In this document: positions 20,276-30,102 of the stretch, in pieces
Layout: every line of letters starts with the position of its first letter
Numbering within the stretch: the stretch's first letter is position 1
From: a virus
Taxonomy: Duplodnaviria > Caudoviricetes
Virus record (IMG/VR): IMGVR_UViG_3300037071_003643
Location: 1 to 54,747 of that record
Strand: one strand, 5' to 3'
DNA: 54,747 nucleotides
The notes under the pieces: model-generated
The model's database searches: none
The model's input: only the letters and a program-made list of their open reading frames with translations
Told to the model about the DNA's origin: nothing
Translations under genes and position numbers: made by a program

Positions 20276-21735
20276 CGACCACGGTCCTCCGGCGGTGCGC
20301 CGATAGCTTCGTCATCCAGAATCGTCCCTCGGAGAACTTTGGTGCGCTGCCCAAGCTGGTCATCTCGAACGCTTCGAGTCAGAACAAGCTGGCCTACCTG
20401 TTCTTCGGTGGAGGGCCGACGCGCGGCGTCTACGTGACCCGCGCACTCCTGCGTGTCTACGCTCGCGGCGCCTGGTCGGGATCCCACACCATCACGGCTC
20501 GTCGCGTAACCGAAGAGTGGAAAGAGAACAGCATCACGTATAAGCGCTCTCCCGCTGATACGGCGACGGACGCAGCGACCGAAGCGGTCGTGGGGATGAG
20601 CTCAGGCGATCCGATCGAGATCGACGTGACCGATCTCGTGCGTGCCGCGTTCCTCGGTGCTGGCGCGCCCTACACCGGCATCCGGCTCTCGACGTCGGGC
20701 ACGAACGACTACCCGATCCACTCGCACGAGGCGAAGGACCCCGACCTGCGCCCCGTTCTCGAAGTGGACTACACGACGACGCCGTTCCAGGCGTTCGATC
20801 TCTTCCCCGGCGACGGGGCGGTCGTCTCGATCCCCGCCCCGTTCCTGCGCTGGACGTTCTATGACGCCGACGAGAACGAGCAGGCCGCGTACCAGGTGCA
20901 GATCGACAGCAGCGACACGTTCCCTACGCCCGACTTCGATACCGGCTGGGTCGATAGTACGGACCCGGAGATCGACCTGGGTGCGACGGCGTACACCGGG
21001 ATGAGCAACGGGCAGACGATCTTCTGGCGCGTTCGGGTACAGAACGCCGAAGGGATCATCGGCGAGTGGAGCGATCCCGCCGAAGTCACGAGGACGGCCA
21101 AGGGGACGTTGGTGATCAACGCGCCGACGAGTACGACCGTCGATCACACCCCCGAGATCGCGACGACGCTCACCGGCCAGGCGCAGGTCGCGATCCGCTA
21201 CGTCATCGAGGGACCCGATATCCAGAGCCTCGCCGACTTCCTCGAGAACGGCGTCGAGCTATGGAACAGCGGCAGGATGCGCGCTCACGCGGTCGACGGC
21301 GAGCGGATCGAGTACGAGGTTCCGAAGCACATCGTGCGGGCGCGCGAGCGGCTGTATCGACTCATCGTGCGCTCCTGGGATGACGTCGAGAACCGCGTTG
21401 CGACGCCCGGCGATCCCCGCTACGCCGAGGCCATCGTGGACTTCCAGGTGGTCGAATCGTCCGGCGCTCCCGGCGCGCCAGGTGCGCTGACGGTGACGCA
21501 GGAGCAGGTGACGCTCCCCGACGGACATACGGTCTACGGCCCAGGGGTCCTGCTCTCGTGGACACGCTCTGCGGTTCCCGACTTCTGGGCGCTGTACGTG
21601 GACGGCGTTCTGCAGGAGGACAAGATCGACGCGCTGGACTGCCAGGTGAGCGGTACGTCCTACTCGCTCAGGTGGTACGGCGCAGAGCCCGGCTTCGCCC
21701 ATGAATACGAGATCGCAGCCCTGGAGGTGACGTAG
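20272..21735 (+). CDS. Minor tail protein with DNRLRE-like and Fn3-like domains
   Basis: DSFVIQNRPSENFG, LRPVLEVDY, QAAYQVQI, FWRVRV...EWS. Confidence 0.7.
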   Translation: MTTTVLRRCADSFVIQNRPSENFGALPKLVISNASSQNKLAYLFFGGGPTRGVYVTRALLRVYARGAWSGSHTITARRVTEEWKENSITYKRSPADTATDAATEAVVGMSSGDPIEIDVTDLVRAAFLGAGAPYTGIRLSTSGTNDYPIHSHEAKDPDLRPVLEVDYTTTPFQAFDLFPGDGAVVSIPAPFLRWTFYDADENEQAAYQVQIDSSDTFPTPDFDTGWVDSTDPEIDLGATAYTGMSNGQTIFWRVRVQNAEGIIGEWSDPAEVTRTAKGTLVINAPTSTTVDHTPEIATTLTGQAQVAIRYVIEGPDIQSLADFLENGVELWNSGRMRAHAVDGERIEYEVPKHIVRARERLYRLIVRSWDDVENRVATPGDPRYAEAIVDFQVVESSGAPGAPGALTVTQEQVTLPDGHTVYGPGVLLSWTRSAVPDFWALYVDGVLQEDKIDALDCQVSGTSYSLRWYGAEPGFAHEYEIAALEVT

Positions 21736-24700
21736 TGGCACTGAGTACGCCGACCGTCGTTTCGACGCTCAGCAGTAGCGCGTCCGGTCCGACGCATACG
21801 ACGAGCCCTGCGTTCACGCCGACGAACGGGAAGCTGATCCTCGTCTCGGTCTCGCTGGAGTCCTCGTCGGGGACGGGGAACCCCCCGCAGCCTTCTCTCG
21901 CAGGGAACGGCTTCACATACGACGTGATCTTCGACCACATCTATGACGGCGCCGGCGGCACGCGAGGTCGGCAGACGATCTTCGCCGCTCTGGGCACCGG
22001 CGGGACGAATACGGTGCTCACGGTCACTTCCTCTGCCGACGTCATCGGGGCCGAGGCGATCGCCCTGGAGTGCGCGGGCTCGATCACCACAGGCGCGAAC
22101 GGGGCGAACGCGATCCGGAACATCAACAACAACTCGGGTGCGGCCGATAACGTCGCGACCGCGACCCTTTCCGAGACGCCGTGGACGCTTGACGGAACGG
22201 TCCTCTTCACGACGTCCAACTCGCAGAACGTCGCGGTGACCGCGGGCGGGGCAGAGACGCTGCTGCAGTCGCTGAATCACTCCGGGCCTAGCTCGAACGC
22301 TGCAGCGCTCTGGGTCGCTCCCGACGGCGACGACACGATGAGCGCGACCTGGACCGGGAACGCCGACTGGGGCGCGGTCATCATCGAGCTGAAAGAAGCG
22401 TCGGCTGTCGCTCCCGGCGGGGGAAGTCCGACCGGTGTGAACGTCGCGGGTGAGCTGAGCGATAACGTCGATCGTTCGACCTATACCGTGTCGGTCACCA
22501 CCACGGTCGCGTCGCCGCTCCTGCTCATGTTCGTGCATACGCAGCAGTCGAACACGGTACTCAACCCTCTCGGGAACCCATCGATCCCCGTGGCGACAGC
22601 GTCGAATGCGGTCGTGCTTGCGCGAGAGACGGCTGCGGAGAACCTCTATGACGTCGATGGAGGGACGACCGCTCGCCTATCGTTCTTCCGAGGGATCGGT
22701 CCCGTCTCGCCGGGGACTTTCACGATCGACGTAACGCTCGGGGGAATCGTCCACCTGGGCTGCGAGGTCATCGTCATCGAGATCGAGGACGACTTCGACG
22801 TGAGCAACGCCAACGGCGCGAGCGCGATCCGCCAGGTGGCCTTCGACGCGAACGGCACCCTGCTCTCGATCAACGCGAGCGTGGACGCGGGCGAAGCATG
22901 CTGGGATCTCGACCGCGCGTTCGTCGCGCTAGCGAGGAACACGGGCAACGACGTCCCGACAGCCGATACTTCGGCGTGGGTCGATCTCGCGACCGAATCA
23001 CATAGCGGTCCCATCTCGGGCCTCGATGTGTTCTTCGCTGCAGCGACCGCGCCGTCGAGCGTCGGCGCCGGCTGGGGTACTCCGGCGTACTGGGGCGCGA
23101 TCTTCGTGGAGATCAAGGACCCGGCCGCGGTCGCTCCCACCGACCCAGGGGGCGACGGGATCCCCGACCCGGAGCTGGTCGGGTTCGTCTACTCGAACCA
23201 GGACAGTACGGGCGGTGCGGCGAGCGCGTATCAGACGAACTCGTTCACGCCGGAGGCGAGCGCCCTCCTCGTGGCCTGCGTGACGAACGAGCAATCCAGC
23301 GCGGTCGGCGCCGCTGCGACGCCATCCTCGCTCACGGGACACGGCACCTGGACGCTCGTGGAGGACAATAACTACGACCAGGACGGCGGTACTCGTGGCC
23401 GACAGACCGTCTGGCGGTGCAAGGTCGGCGGGTCTCCCTCGAGCGCGGGCGTCTATCCGACGTTCGGTGTCGCTCAGCTCGGCTGCTCGGTGCAGGTCGT
23501 GCAGTTCTCGGATTCCGGCGATCTCGATACAGGCGGGACGAACGGAGCGAACGCGATCAGGAACAGCGCGCAGGCCGAGGCCATCGGCGTCCATACGATC
23601 GCCGCATCGCTGGACGAGACGGTCTGGTCCCTCGATACCACGCTCGCGTTCGTGCAGCACCAGGCGGTCGAGGACGTCACGCCCGGGTCGGGCTTCACGA
23701 TCCTCGGACAGGGCTCTCACCCCGGGCCGGTGAGCGCGCTCGCATCGATGTACGCACCTTCGGGACCGCAGGCGGCGCTCGCGACATGGGTGTCGAACGT
23801 CCCCGTCGGCGTGATCGTCCTGGAGATGAAGGACACGAATAGCGTCCCGCCGACGACGACTCCGACGACCGGGCATCCGTGGATCGACCTCATCGGCTAC
23901 TCGACGTCGCGCCGGCTGCGTCCCACGAGCCCGTACGATCCCCAGTTCACCGGCGAATGCCAAGAGCACACCGAGAGCTACGTCGGCGCGACCGACGTCA
24001 TCGAGCAGATCATGGGCCGACCGTTCAACGGCCAGCGCGAGTACCACGACATCGGCGGGCGCTTCCCCGCTCCGAAGGACCCGCCCTCCGGCGGCGATAT
24101 CGGAGGTCGTACGCCTTCCGGTGGCTGGTACGACACGATGAGCGATCTCGACATCCTCTGCTCGACCGGCCCTCCTGCTGCTGGTACCGGCCCCCACGTG
24201 CTCGCCGATCCCGGTAACCTCTTCGAGGCGGGACACCGCGCGGCGTACCTCTCGCTGCACTCGCACGGTGGAGGCTCGTTCTCGGCGGACATGATCGTCG
24301 CGAACGATACCGGCGTCACCGAGCACGCTCCTGGAGGCGAGACGGCGGAGGCCTACTTCAAGTGGATCGGCGGGTTGATCCTCGCCGAGACCACGCCGCG
24401 CTACCGGTTCTGGATGAGCTATACGCACGAGCCCGAAAACGACTTCTTTCACCGGGACGCCTCGAACACGTACATCAAGTGGCAGGACATCAACGTGCGA
24501 GGCGGTGGGACGGGGCGGAACAGCCGGGTGAACTTCGGTCCGGCGTTCGAGCAGATCATCGACTGGTGGGCCGAGATCGGGCTGGTCCCGCGTCGAGACG
24601 ATCCCGACTCGCCGCTGCTCGGCTACACCGTCCATCTCCTGCAGGGCACGTATAAGGGAGGCCAGCACGGGCCGCTCGAGGAATGGATCACGCCGAGCCT

Positions 24701-26225
24701 TGCCGCGAAGATCCACTCGGTCGGCGCGTCCGGCTACTCGCGCTGGAAGAGCCCGACGCGGGCGAAGGCTCTCATGGACCCGGTGCACAACGCGGGCCTA
24801 GCGATGACGGGCGCTCCCTGGAACCTCGCGACGCCGCTCAAGTGCTCGTTCGGCGAGTTCGGTATCGCCGAGGGCTTCGTCGGAGTGACCGCGATCCCCG
24901 ACTACCCCGAGACCTGGGCCGAGGTCGCGCTGCTGACGCCGACGCCGTTCAAGGCGACGTTCTGGGCCGAGCTGGCCTCGACGCTGAAGAGCGCGGCGTA
25001 CAACAACAACGTCGTCTCGGGCGAGCCCGACGTCGAGTTCATCTCGGTCACGGACCACTTCGCGCGCTATCCCGGCGACAACGCGCCGATGCTCTATCCG
25101 GTGACCAGCTCGACGGGTTCGACCTCAGCGTTCACGACCTTCATGAACGACACGACCGCGCTCGATACGACGCATACCATCTTCGGGAAGCCGCTCACCA
25201 CGCCAGAGATCGACGCGTGGAGCGGGACGACGAGCCCCGGCGTCGATCCTCCGGTCGTGACGTCGTTCACGCCGACCTCCGGGCCTCCCGGCACGAGCGT
25301 GACGATCACCGGCCAGTTCCTCAGTGGCGCGACCAGCGTGGAGTTCGGCGGCGTCGCCACGGCCAGCTTCATCGCGATCGACGATTCGACGATCACCGCG
25401 ACGGTTCCTGCGGGCGCGGTCGATGGTGTGATCACGGTCACGAGCGATGGTGGCTCGGATGACTCGTCTGGTTCGTTCGACGTGACGAGTACGCCTCCGG
25501 CGAACCCGCCCACTATCTCGTCGTTCTCGCCGAGCACCGGCGTCGTCGGCGTTACGGTCACGATCACCGGCCAGTACTTCACCGGCGCGTCCTTCGTGCG
25601 CTTCAACGGAGTAGCCGCGACGTTCGTGGTGAACAGCGATACGTCGATCTCGGCGACGCTACCTTCCGGCGCGACCGACGGCGTGCTCTCGGTCCAGACG
25701 AGCCAGGGTATCGGATACTCCTCGGCGTCGTTCGACGTCACGGTCCCTGCAGGGCCTCCCGTCGGCGATGTGCCTTCGACGTTCAACCCGACCGACGATC
25801 TCATGACGACCGTACAGGGCATCTGGCTCATCGACGCAGACTTCGCGATCCCGACCGACGAGATCACGCAGGTGCGCCTCGAGGATACCCAGGAGCTACC
25901 CGAGCAGTTCGGCGCGTCCGTGACGACGCTGTACCCCATCGGTTCGCAGCGCCCGGTCTCGATCAGGGAGAACCTCCGCGGCTACGAAGGCACGATCTCG
26001 GGCCTCGCCGTCTCGCGGACCGATCGTCGCGCGCTCGAACGCCTCGCGACGCCCCTGGGACGACACCTGCGCCTGGTCGTGATGGATATGAACATCTCGA
26101 TCGAGCTGATCAACCTCTCGATCGGACGGCTGAACCCGCAGCTCGGTATGCACCCCGTCTCGCTCGAGGTCGTTCAGGTCGATGACTACACCACCGCGAG
26201 GACTCGGCACGGAGGCAGCCAGTGA
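21735..26225 (+). CDS. Large multidomain tail protein: three N-terminal repeats, GH26-like domain, two IPT/TIG domains
   Basis: Repeated GGTRGRQT and NGANAIRN; HEPEND and FGEFG; PVVTSFTPTSGPPGTSVTITG and PTISSFSPSTGVVGVTVTITG. Confidence 0.75.
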   Translation: MALSTPTVVSTLSSSASGPTHTTSPAFTPTNGKLILVSVSLESSSGTGNPPQPSLAGNGFTYDVIFDHIYDGAGGTRGRQTIFAALGTGGTNTVLTVTSSADVIGAEAIALECAGSITTGANGANAIRNINNNSGAADNVATATLSETPWTLDGTVLFTTSNSQNVAVTAGGAETLLQSLNHSGPSSNAAALWVAPDGDDTMSATWTGNADWGAVIIELKEASAVAPGGGSPTGVNVAGELSDNVDRSTYTVSVTTTVASPLLLMFVHTQQSNTVLNPLGNPSIPVATASNAVVLARETAAENLYDVDGGTTARLSFFRGIGPVSPGTFTIDVTLGGIVHLGCEVIVIEIEDDFDVSNANGASAIRQVAFDANGTLLSINASVDAGEACWDLDRAFVALARNTGNDVPTADTSAWVDLATESHSGPISGLDVFFAAATAPSSVGAGWGTPAYWGAIFVEIKDPAAVAPTDPGGDGIPDPELVGFVYSNQDSTGGAASAYQTNSFTPEASALLVACVTNEQSSAVGAAATPSSLTGHGTWTLVEDNNYDQDGGTRGRQTVWRCKVGGSPSSAGVYPTFGVAQLGCSVQVVQFSDSGDLDTGGTNGANAIRNSAQAEAIGVHTIAASLDETVWSLDTTLAFVQHQAVEDVTPGSGFTILGQGSHPGPVSALASMYAPSGPQAALATWVSNVPVGVIVLEMKDTNSVPPTTTPTTGHPWIDLIGYSTSRRLRPTSPYDPQFTGECQEHTESYVGATDVIEQIMGRPFNGQREYHDIGGRFPAPKDPPSGGDIGGRTPSGGWYDTMSDLDILCSTGPPAAGTGPHVLADPGNLFEAGHRAAYLSLHSHGGGSFSADMIVANDTGVTEHAPGGETAEAYFKWIGGLILAETTPRYRFWMSYTHEPENDFFHRDASNTYIKWQDINVRGGGTGRNSRVNFGPAFEQIIDWWAEIGLVPRRDDPDSPLLGYTVHLLQGTYKGGQHGPLEEWITPSLAAKIHSVGASGYSRWKSPTRAKALMDPVHNAGLAMTGAPWNLATPLKCSFGEFGIAEGFVGVTAIPDYPETWAEVALLTPTPFKATFWAELASTLKSAAYNNNVVSGEPDVEFISVTDHFARYPGDNAPMLYPVTSSTGSTSAFTTFMNDTTALDTTHTIFGKPLTTPEIDAWSGTTSPGVDPPVVTSFTPTSGPPGTSVTITGQFLSGATSVEFGGVATASFIAIDDSTITATVPAGAVDGVITVTSDGGSDDSSGSFDVTSTPPANPPTISSFSPSTGVVGVTVTITGQYFTGASFVRFNGVAATFVVNSDTSISATLPSGATDGVLSVQTSQGIGYSSASFDVTVPAGPPVGDVPSTFNPTDDLMTTVQGIWLIDADFAIPTDEITQVRLEDTQELPEQFGASVTTLYPIGSQRPVSIRENLRGYEGTISGLAVSRTDRRALERLATPLGRHLRLVVMDMNISIELINLSIGRLNPQLGMHPVSLEVVQVDDYTTARTRHGGSQ

Positions 26226-27376
26226 TCGACGTCGGCCTGAAGGCCTCGGACCGGCGCAAGTTCCACGACGCGCTGAAGCACTCGCACGATATCCGCTCAC
26301 GCGTCGAGGTCCTGGATCGTGACGAGCAGATCGTCTCGACGCTCGATGACATCGTCCTGCCAGGATCGACGGTCGATATAGACGCGAGCCAGCGTCCGGA
26401 TCGCGTCCTGCAGCTCCAGCTCGCCGACGTCGATCGAGGATTCCACTTCGCGCCTAGCTCGGCCGCTCGCTCGTCGATGTTCGCCGACAACTTCCTCCGT
26501 GTCTCTCGGCTCCACTGGGTCGCTGAGCTGGATAGATGGATCGACGTGGACCTGTTCACAGGGCCGGTGACGGCGGTCGCTCGCGACGGCGAGACGATCT
26601 CGGTCACGGCGGTCGGCAAGGAATCGCTCGCGCTCGATCCCGCGTTCGCGTGGAAGCCTCAGCACTACCATCGGCGCTCTCTCGTTACGGACGTGATCCG
26701 TTCGATCCTGCGCGAGCAGGGCGAGCATCGCTTCGATCTCCCGCGACTCGACGCCAAGACCCGCCACCCGGTGTCGCTAGGACGACAGTCGGAGCCCTGG
26801 AGGGTCTGCCGACGTCTCGCCGATAGCGTCGATCGCCAGCTGTTCTATGACGGGCACGGGCGCGTACGGCTCAGGGTCCTCCCCGATGCAGTCGCATGGG
26901 ACTTCCGCTCTGGCAAGGACGGGACGGTGACGAGCCCGCCGGCGCTGACGTTCGATACTACGGAGCTCCGCAACACGATCGAGGTCCTGGGGCCCGAGCC
27001 CGAGAGCAAGAAGGAGAACCGGATGCGCTACGTCGCGATGCCCCCGAAGGGCAACGCGCTCTCGCCCTGGACGCTCGCGCGGAACGGCCAGCCGCGATTC
27101 CTCGTCGAGCGCGTCGAGCTGTCGCACGCTCGCGATATGGAGGTCCTCCGGCGCAAGGGCGATCGCACCCTGAGCGATCGTCTCTCCGCGGTCTTCGATG
27201 TGCAGTTCGAGGCGCTCCCGATGCCGACGCTGGAGCCCGGCGATAAGGTCGCGCTCGTGGACGACGGCGAGCGCTACGTGTTCCGTATCCGGTCGATGTC
27301 GATCCCGCTCGGGGCCGAGCCGATGAGTATCGGCTTCCATCGGCGCCCGAATCATCGACCGAAGGGACGCCACTGA
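26222..27376 (+). CDS. Minor tail / baseplate hub protein
   Basis: LFYDGHGRVRLR, RNTIEVLG, PTLEPGDKV; position. Confidence 0.7.
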   Translation: MIDVGLKASDRRKFHDALKHSHDIRSRVEVLDRDEQIVSTLDDIVLPGSTVDIDASQRPDRVLQLQLADVDRGFHFAPSSAARSSMFADNFLRVSRLHWVAELDRWIDVDLFTGPVTAVARDGETISVTAVGKESLALDPAFAWKPQHYHRRSLVTDVIRSILREQGEHRFDLPRLDAKTRHPVSLGRQSEPWRVCRRLADSVDRQLFYDGHGRVRLRVLPDAVAWDFRSGKDGTVTSPPALTFDTTELRNTIEVLGPEPESKKENRMRYVAMPPKGNALSPWTLARNGQPRFLVERVELSHARDMEVLRRKGDRTLSDRLSAVFDVQFEALPMPTLEPGDKVALVDDGERYVFRIRSMSIPLGAEPMSIGFHRRPNHRPKGRH

Positions 27377-28332
27377 TGCCGCTCGTGGGGAGGGTCGTCG
27401 GCGTCGAGGACGTCTCGATCGGCTCCTCGGTCGTGATCGCGGCGAGCGCGACCGATACCGAGCTGGAGGTCGAGGACTCTCTCTGGTATCCGCAGGACGG
27501 GGGCACGCTGCAGGTCACGCTCGCGGCCGACGGCTCGGTCTTCACGATCGACTATGACTCGGTCGATGACGCGACGGACATCATCACGCTCTCGGACCCG
27601 CTTCCCTCGAACGTCGCGGTGGACGATCTCGTGGTGGTCTACCCTCCCGCGTATGAGCGCCTCGCGACGATCGAGCTGGAAGGCGCCGACGGCGTACCCG
27701 TCGCCGCGCTCGTACCCCACGCACTGCGCCTGCAGATCTTCCCCGGTGTGCGAGGCGAGGTCGAGAGCGCCGAAACGGTCATCGTCCACGAGGACGAGCC
27801 AGGCTCGTTCGTCATCACCGATGTTCTTGGCGAGCAGCCCTCGATCGCGACCGGCGACGACCCGATCATCAGGCCGAACGGCTTTCCTCGTCTCGTTGCC
27901 GGCGCCGAGGCCGTCGCGACGACGACGGCGACCGATACGTCGATCGACTTCACGATCATCGAGATCGACACGGACCTGTTCGTCACAGCGAATACGGCGC
28001 GGTTCCGTATCCCGTTCGATGGTCAGTACGACATCAGGATGAGCATCCAGTGGGCACTAGGCGGGGGCGATCGCCGCATCTGGGCGGAGCGCTCGATCGA
28101 CGACGGCGCCAACTTCACCGACCTACGGGAAGAGGGAGCGGCAGACGATCGAGACGCGGTCGGAGGCTCGCCGACCATCCACGGCTTCGCGCCGCCGAGC
28201 ATCACGCTCCAGGCCGGAGACCTCGTGCGCTTCCGGCGCAGGCAGGAGTCGGGCTCGGGCGTCGCGCTCCAGAGCGCGCGCTGTCAGATCATGTTCATCG
28301 GCCCGTCTGGGCAACAAGGCAACGCACCCTAG
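27376..28332 (+). CDS. Minor tail protein with C1q-like C-terminal domain
   Basis: IDFTIIEIDTD...RFRIPFDGQYDI...LQAGDLVRF. Confidence 0.6.
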   Translation: MPLVGRVVGVEDVSIGSSVVIAASATDTELEVEDSLWYPQDGGTLQVTLAADGSVFTIDYDSVDDATDIITLSDPLPSNVAVDDLVVVYPPAYERLATIELEGADGVPVAALVPHALRLQIFPGVRGEVESAETVIVHEDEPGSFVITDVLGEQPSIATGDDPIIRPNGFPRLVAGAEAVATTTATDTSIDFTIIEIDTDLFVTANTARFRIPFDGQYDIRMSIQWALGGGDRRIWAERSIDDGANFTDLREEGAADDRDAVGGSPTIHGFAPPSITLQAGDLVRFRRRQESGSGVALQSARCQIMFIGPSGQQGNAP

Positions 28333-28347
28333 GAAGGGGAGAACGAG

Positions 28348-29064
28348 ATGAGTGATGAGTATCAGTTCTCAGTAGGGGACGGGGATCCCGACTGGTCTCC
28401 CGGCAAGAAGGAGTTCCGCGACGTCTACGACAACGTGTTCGACCGACTGCGGTTCCACAAGGGCGAGGGCTTTACGATCAAGGAGCGTCCGGACGGCGAG
28501 GAGGGGCCGAAGCGTCGGCTGAGCGAGATCGACGACAAGCTCTTCCCTCAGCTGAAGCAGTCGAAGTACGGGACCGTGTTCGCGGTAAAGGCCAAGAGCG
28601 ACGGGTTCACGATGCTGATGCGGCGCAAGGAGGTCAAGGAGACCGATAAGGGGCAGCTCGTGATCGCGCAGGCCGCGTCGCGCGAGGGAACCCCGTACGT
28701 ATTCGGTGCGACCGACTGCTCGTGGCTCACACAGCAGTGCGTGAACGCCGTCACCGGTCTCCTGCTCCCGCACAACGCCGCGATGCAGCGAGCCGACGGT
28801 CGAGTGAAGCGCATCTCTCGCGCGCAGCTCAAGCCCGGCGATCTCGTGTTCATCGACGACCTGCACCACGTCGCGCTGTTCCTGGACGACAAGTACGGCG
28901 GGCGCGTCTGGGACACCGAGCCGCATAACACGAGCGTCCCTGGCAACTGGATGAGCGATAACGACGGGATGCTCGGCGTGGGAGTACGCATCCGCCCGAT
29001 GTTCCTCCCGTGGTACTGCGGCAGGATCGACAGCTTCGGTCGTATCCCAGAGGTCAACGGTTGA
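28348..29064 (+). CDS. NlpC/P60 peptidase, probable endolysin
   Basis: GTPYVFGATDCSWL, LKPGDLVF, HHVALF; followed by membrane genes. Confidence 0.85.
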   Translation: MSDEYQFSVGDGDPDWSPGKKEFRDVYDNVFDRLRFHKGEGFTIKERPDGEEGPKRRLSEIDDKLFPQLKQSKYGTVFAVKAKSDGFTMLMRRKEVKETDKGQLVIAQAASREGTPYVFGATDCSWLTQQCVNAVTGLLLPHNAAMQRADGRVKRISRAQLKPGDLVFIDDLHHVALFLDDKYGGRVWDTEPHNTSVPGNWMSDNDGMLGVGVRIRPMFLPWYCGRIDSFGRIPEVNG

Positions 29065-29065
29065 G

Positions 29066-29215
29066 GTGGCCACCGACTGGCAGAGCGTACGGCTGATCAT
29101 CGCCGTATGCGCTGGTACGGCCGTTCTCGTCCTCGGCGTCCTCAAGAACGAACCCGCCGCGATGACCGTCGGCGCGGGTCTCATCGGCTTCTCCCCAGCT
29201 GCGAAGGGACCTTGA
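29066..29215 (+). CDS. Small membrane protein (49 aa; not in ORF track)
   Basis: GTG start; MATDWQSVRLIIAVCAGTAVLVLGVLKNEPAAMTVGAGLIGFSPAAKGP. Confidence 0.55.
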   Translation: MATDWQSVRLIIAVCAGTAVLVLGVLKNEPAAMTVGAGLIGFSPAAKGP

Positions 29216-29216
29216 C

Positions 29217-29489
29217 GTGGTGGATGCGGACGAACGACGCGGCGCGTTCTGGTTCGCCTGGTGGTTCATGGTGTTCGTTGTCACCGTGGGGTTCTACATC
29301 CAGGCCCGTACCATCCATCGCCTAGCCGAGGACGAGCGAACGCACGCCGCCCAAGTGGAGCGAGTGCAGGCACGCACCACCAACAACGCCGAGCAGCTGT
29401 GCGCGATGTTGGTCGAGATCGCCGACCCGAGCGACGCTCAGGTGATCATCACGGTGTTCCGCAACCTGGGGTACAGCTGCACCGCCTAG
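29217..29489 (+). CDS. Single-TM lysis-cassette protein
   Basis: FWFAWWFMVFVVTVGFYI TM segment then helical region with two Cys. Confidence 0.6.
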   Translation: MVDADERRGAFWFAWWFMVFVVTVGFYIQARTIHRLAEDERTHAAQVERVQARTTNNAEQLCAMLVEIADPSDAQVIITVFRNLGYSCTA

Positions 29490-29504
29490 AGCAAGGAGGG
29501 CAAC

Positions 29505-29849
29505 ATGCTGGAAGTCGTTGCAGTGGTCGGCGCTCTGTCGCTGACCGTCACGAAGGTCGTGGACTTCATCCGCAACCTCGTCGATAAGGGCGACACCAAA
29601 CCGAAGTGGTTCTGGAACGTCGCCGCGCTCGTCGTGGGGTTGGCGTTCGCGCTCGGTTGGCAGCTCGATATCTCCGAGGCGGTACTGAAGTTGGTGCCAG
29701 CTCTGAGCGAGAACGCCGACCGCCTCGCCGGTATCTCGGGTCAGATCCTGAGCGGCGTCGTCATCGGCATGGCGGCTGGCTTCTGGCACGAGCTGCTAGA
29801 CGCGCTATCGAGCGTCGCGAACAAGAACAACGCGACAGTCGTTCGATAG
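29505..29849 (+). CDS. Holin-like membrane protein
   Basis: Three hydrophobic segments; AAGGAGG RBS; last gene of late arm. Confidence 0.7.
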   Translation: MLEVVAVVGALSLTVTKVVDFIRNLVDKGDTKPKWFWNVAALVVGLAFALGWQLDISEAVLKLVPALSENADRLAGISGQILSGVVIGMAAGFWHELLDALSSVANKNNATVVR

Positions 29850-29857
29850 CACAATAG

Positions 29858-29902
29858 GGACCCCCGGCGTTCGGTTCTCCCCTAGCGCCGGGGGTCCTTC
29901 TT
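29858..29902 (+). terminator. Intrinsic terminator between convergent arms
   Basis: GGACCCCCGGCG (29858-29869) pairs with CGCCGGGGGTCC (29886-29897), then TTCTT. Confidence 0.8.
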
Positions 29903-29913
29903 GCTGTCTGGGG

Positions 29914-30102
29914 TCAGGAGGCGAATCGACCGCGCACTTGCTCCAGCTCGCGGATCATCTGCCGTAGCCCGTTCGCGACGATGAGCTCCTCGGGTCGATC
30001 GAATCCGGTACGACGCTGAAACTGGTAGCAGGCGGTGCATCGAGCGTTCGCGCGCGAGACTCGACCGCAGTAGGGGTTCGCGCACTTACGAGAGAGGGTC
30101 AA
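29914..30102 (-). CDS. Small Zn-finger protein
   Basis: CANPYC...CTAC. Confidence 0.55.
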   Translation of the reverse strand: MTLSRKCANPYCGRVSRANARCTACYQFQRRTGFDRPEELIVANGLRQMIRELEQVRGRFAS

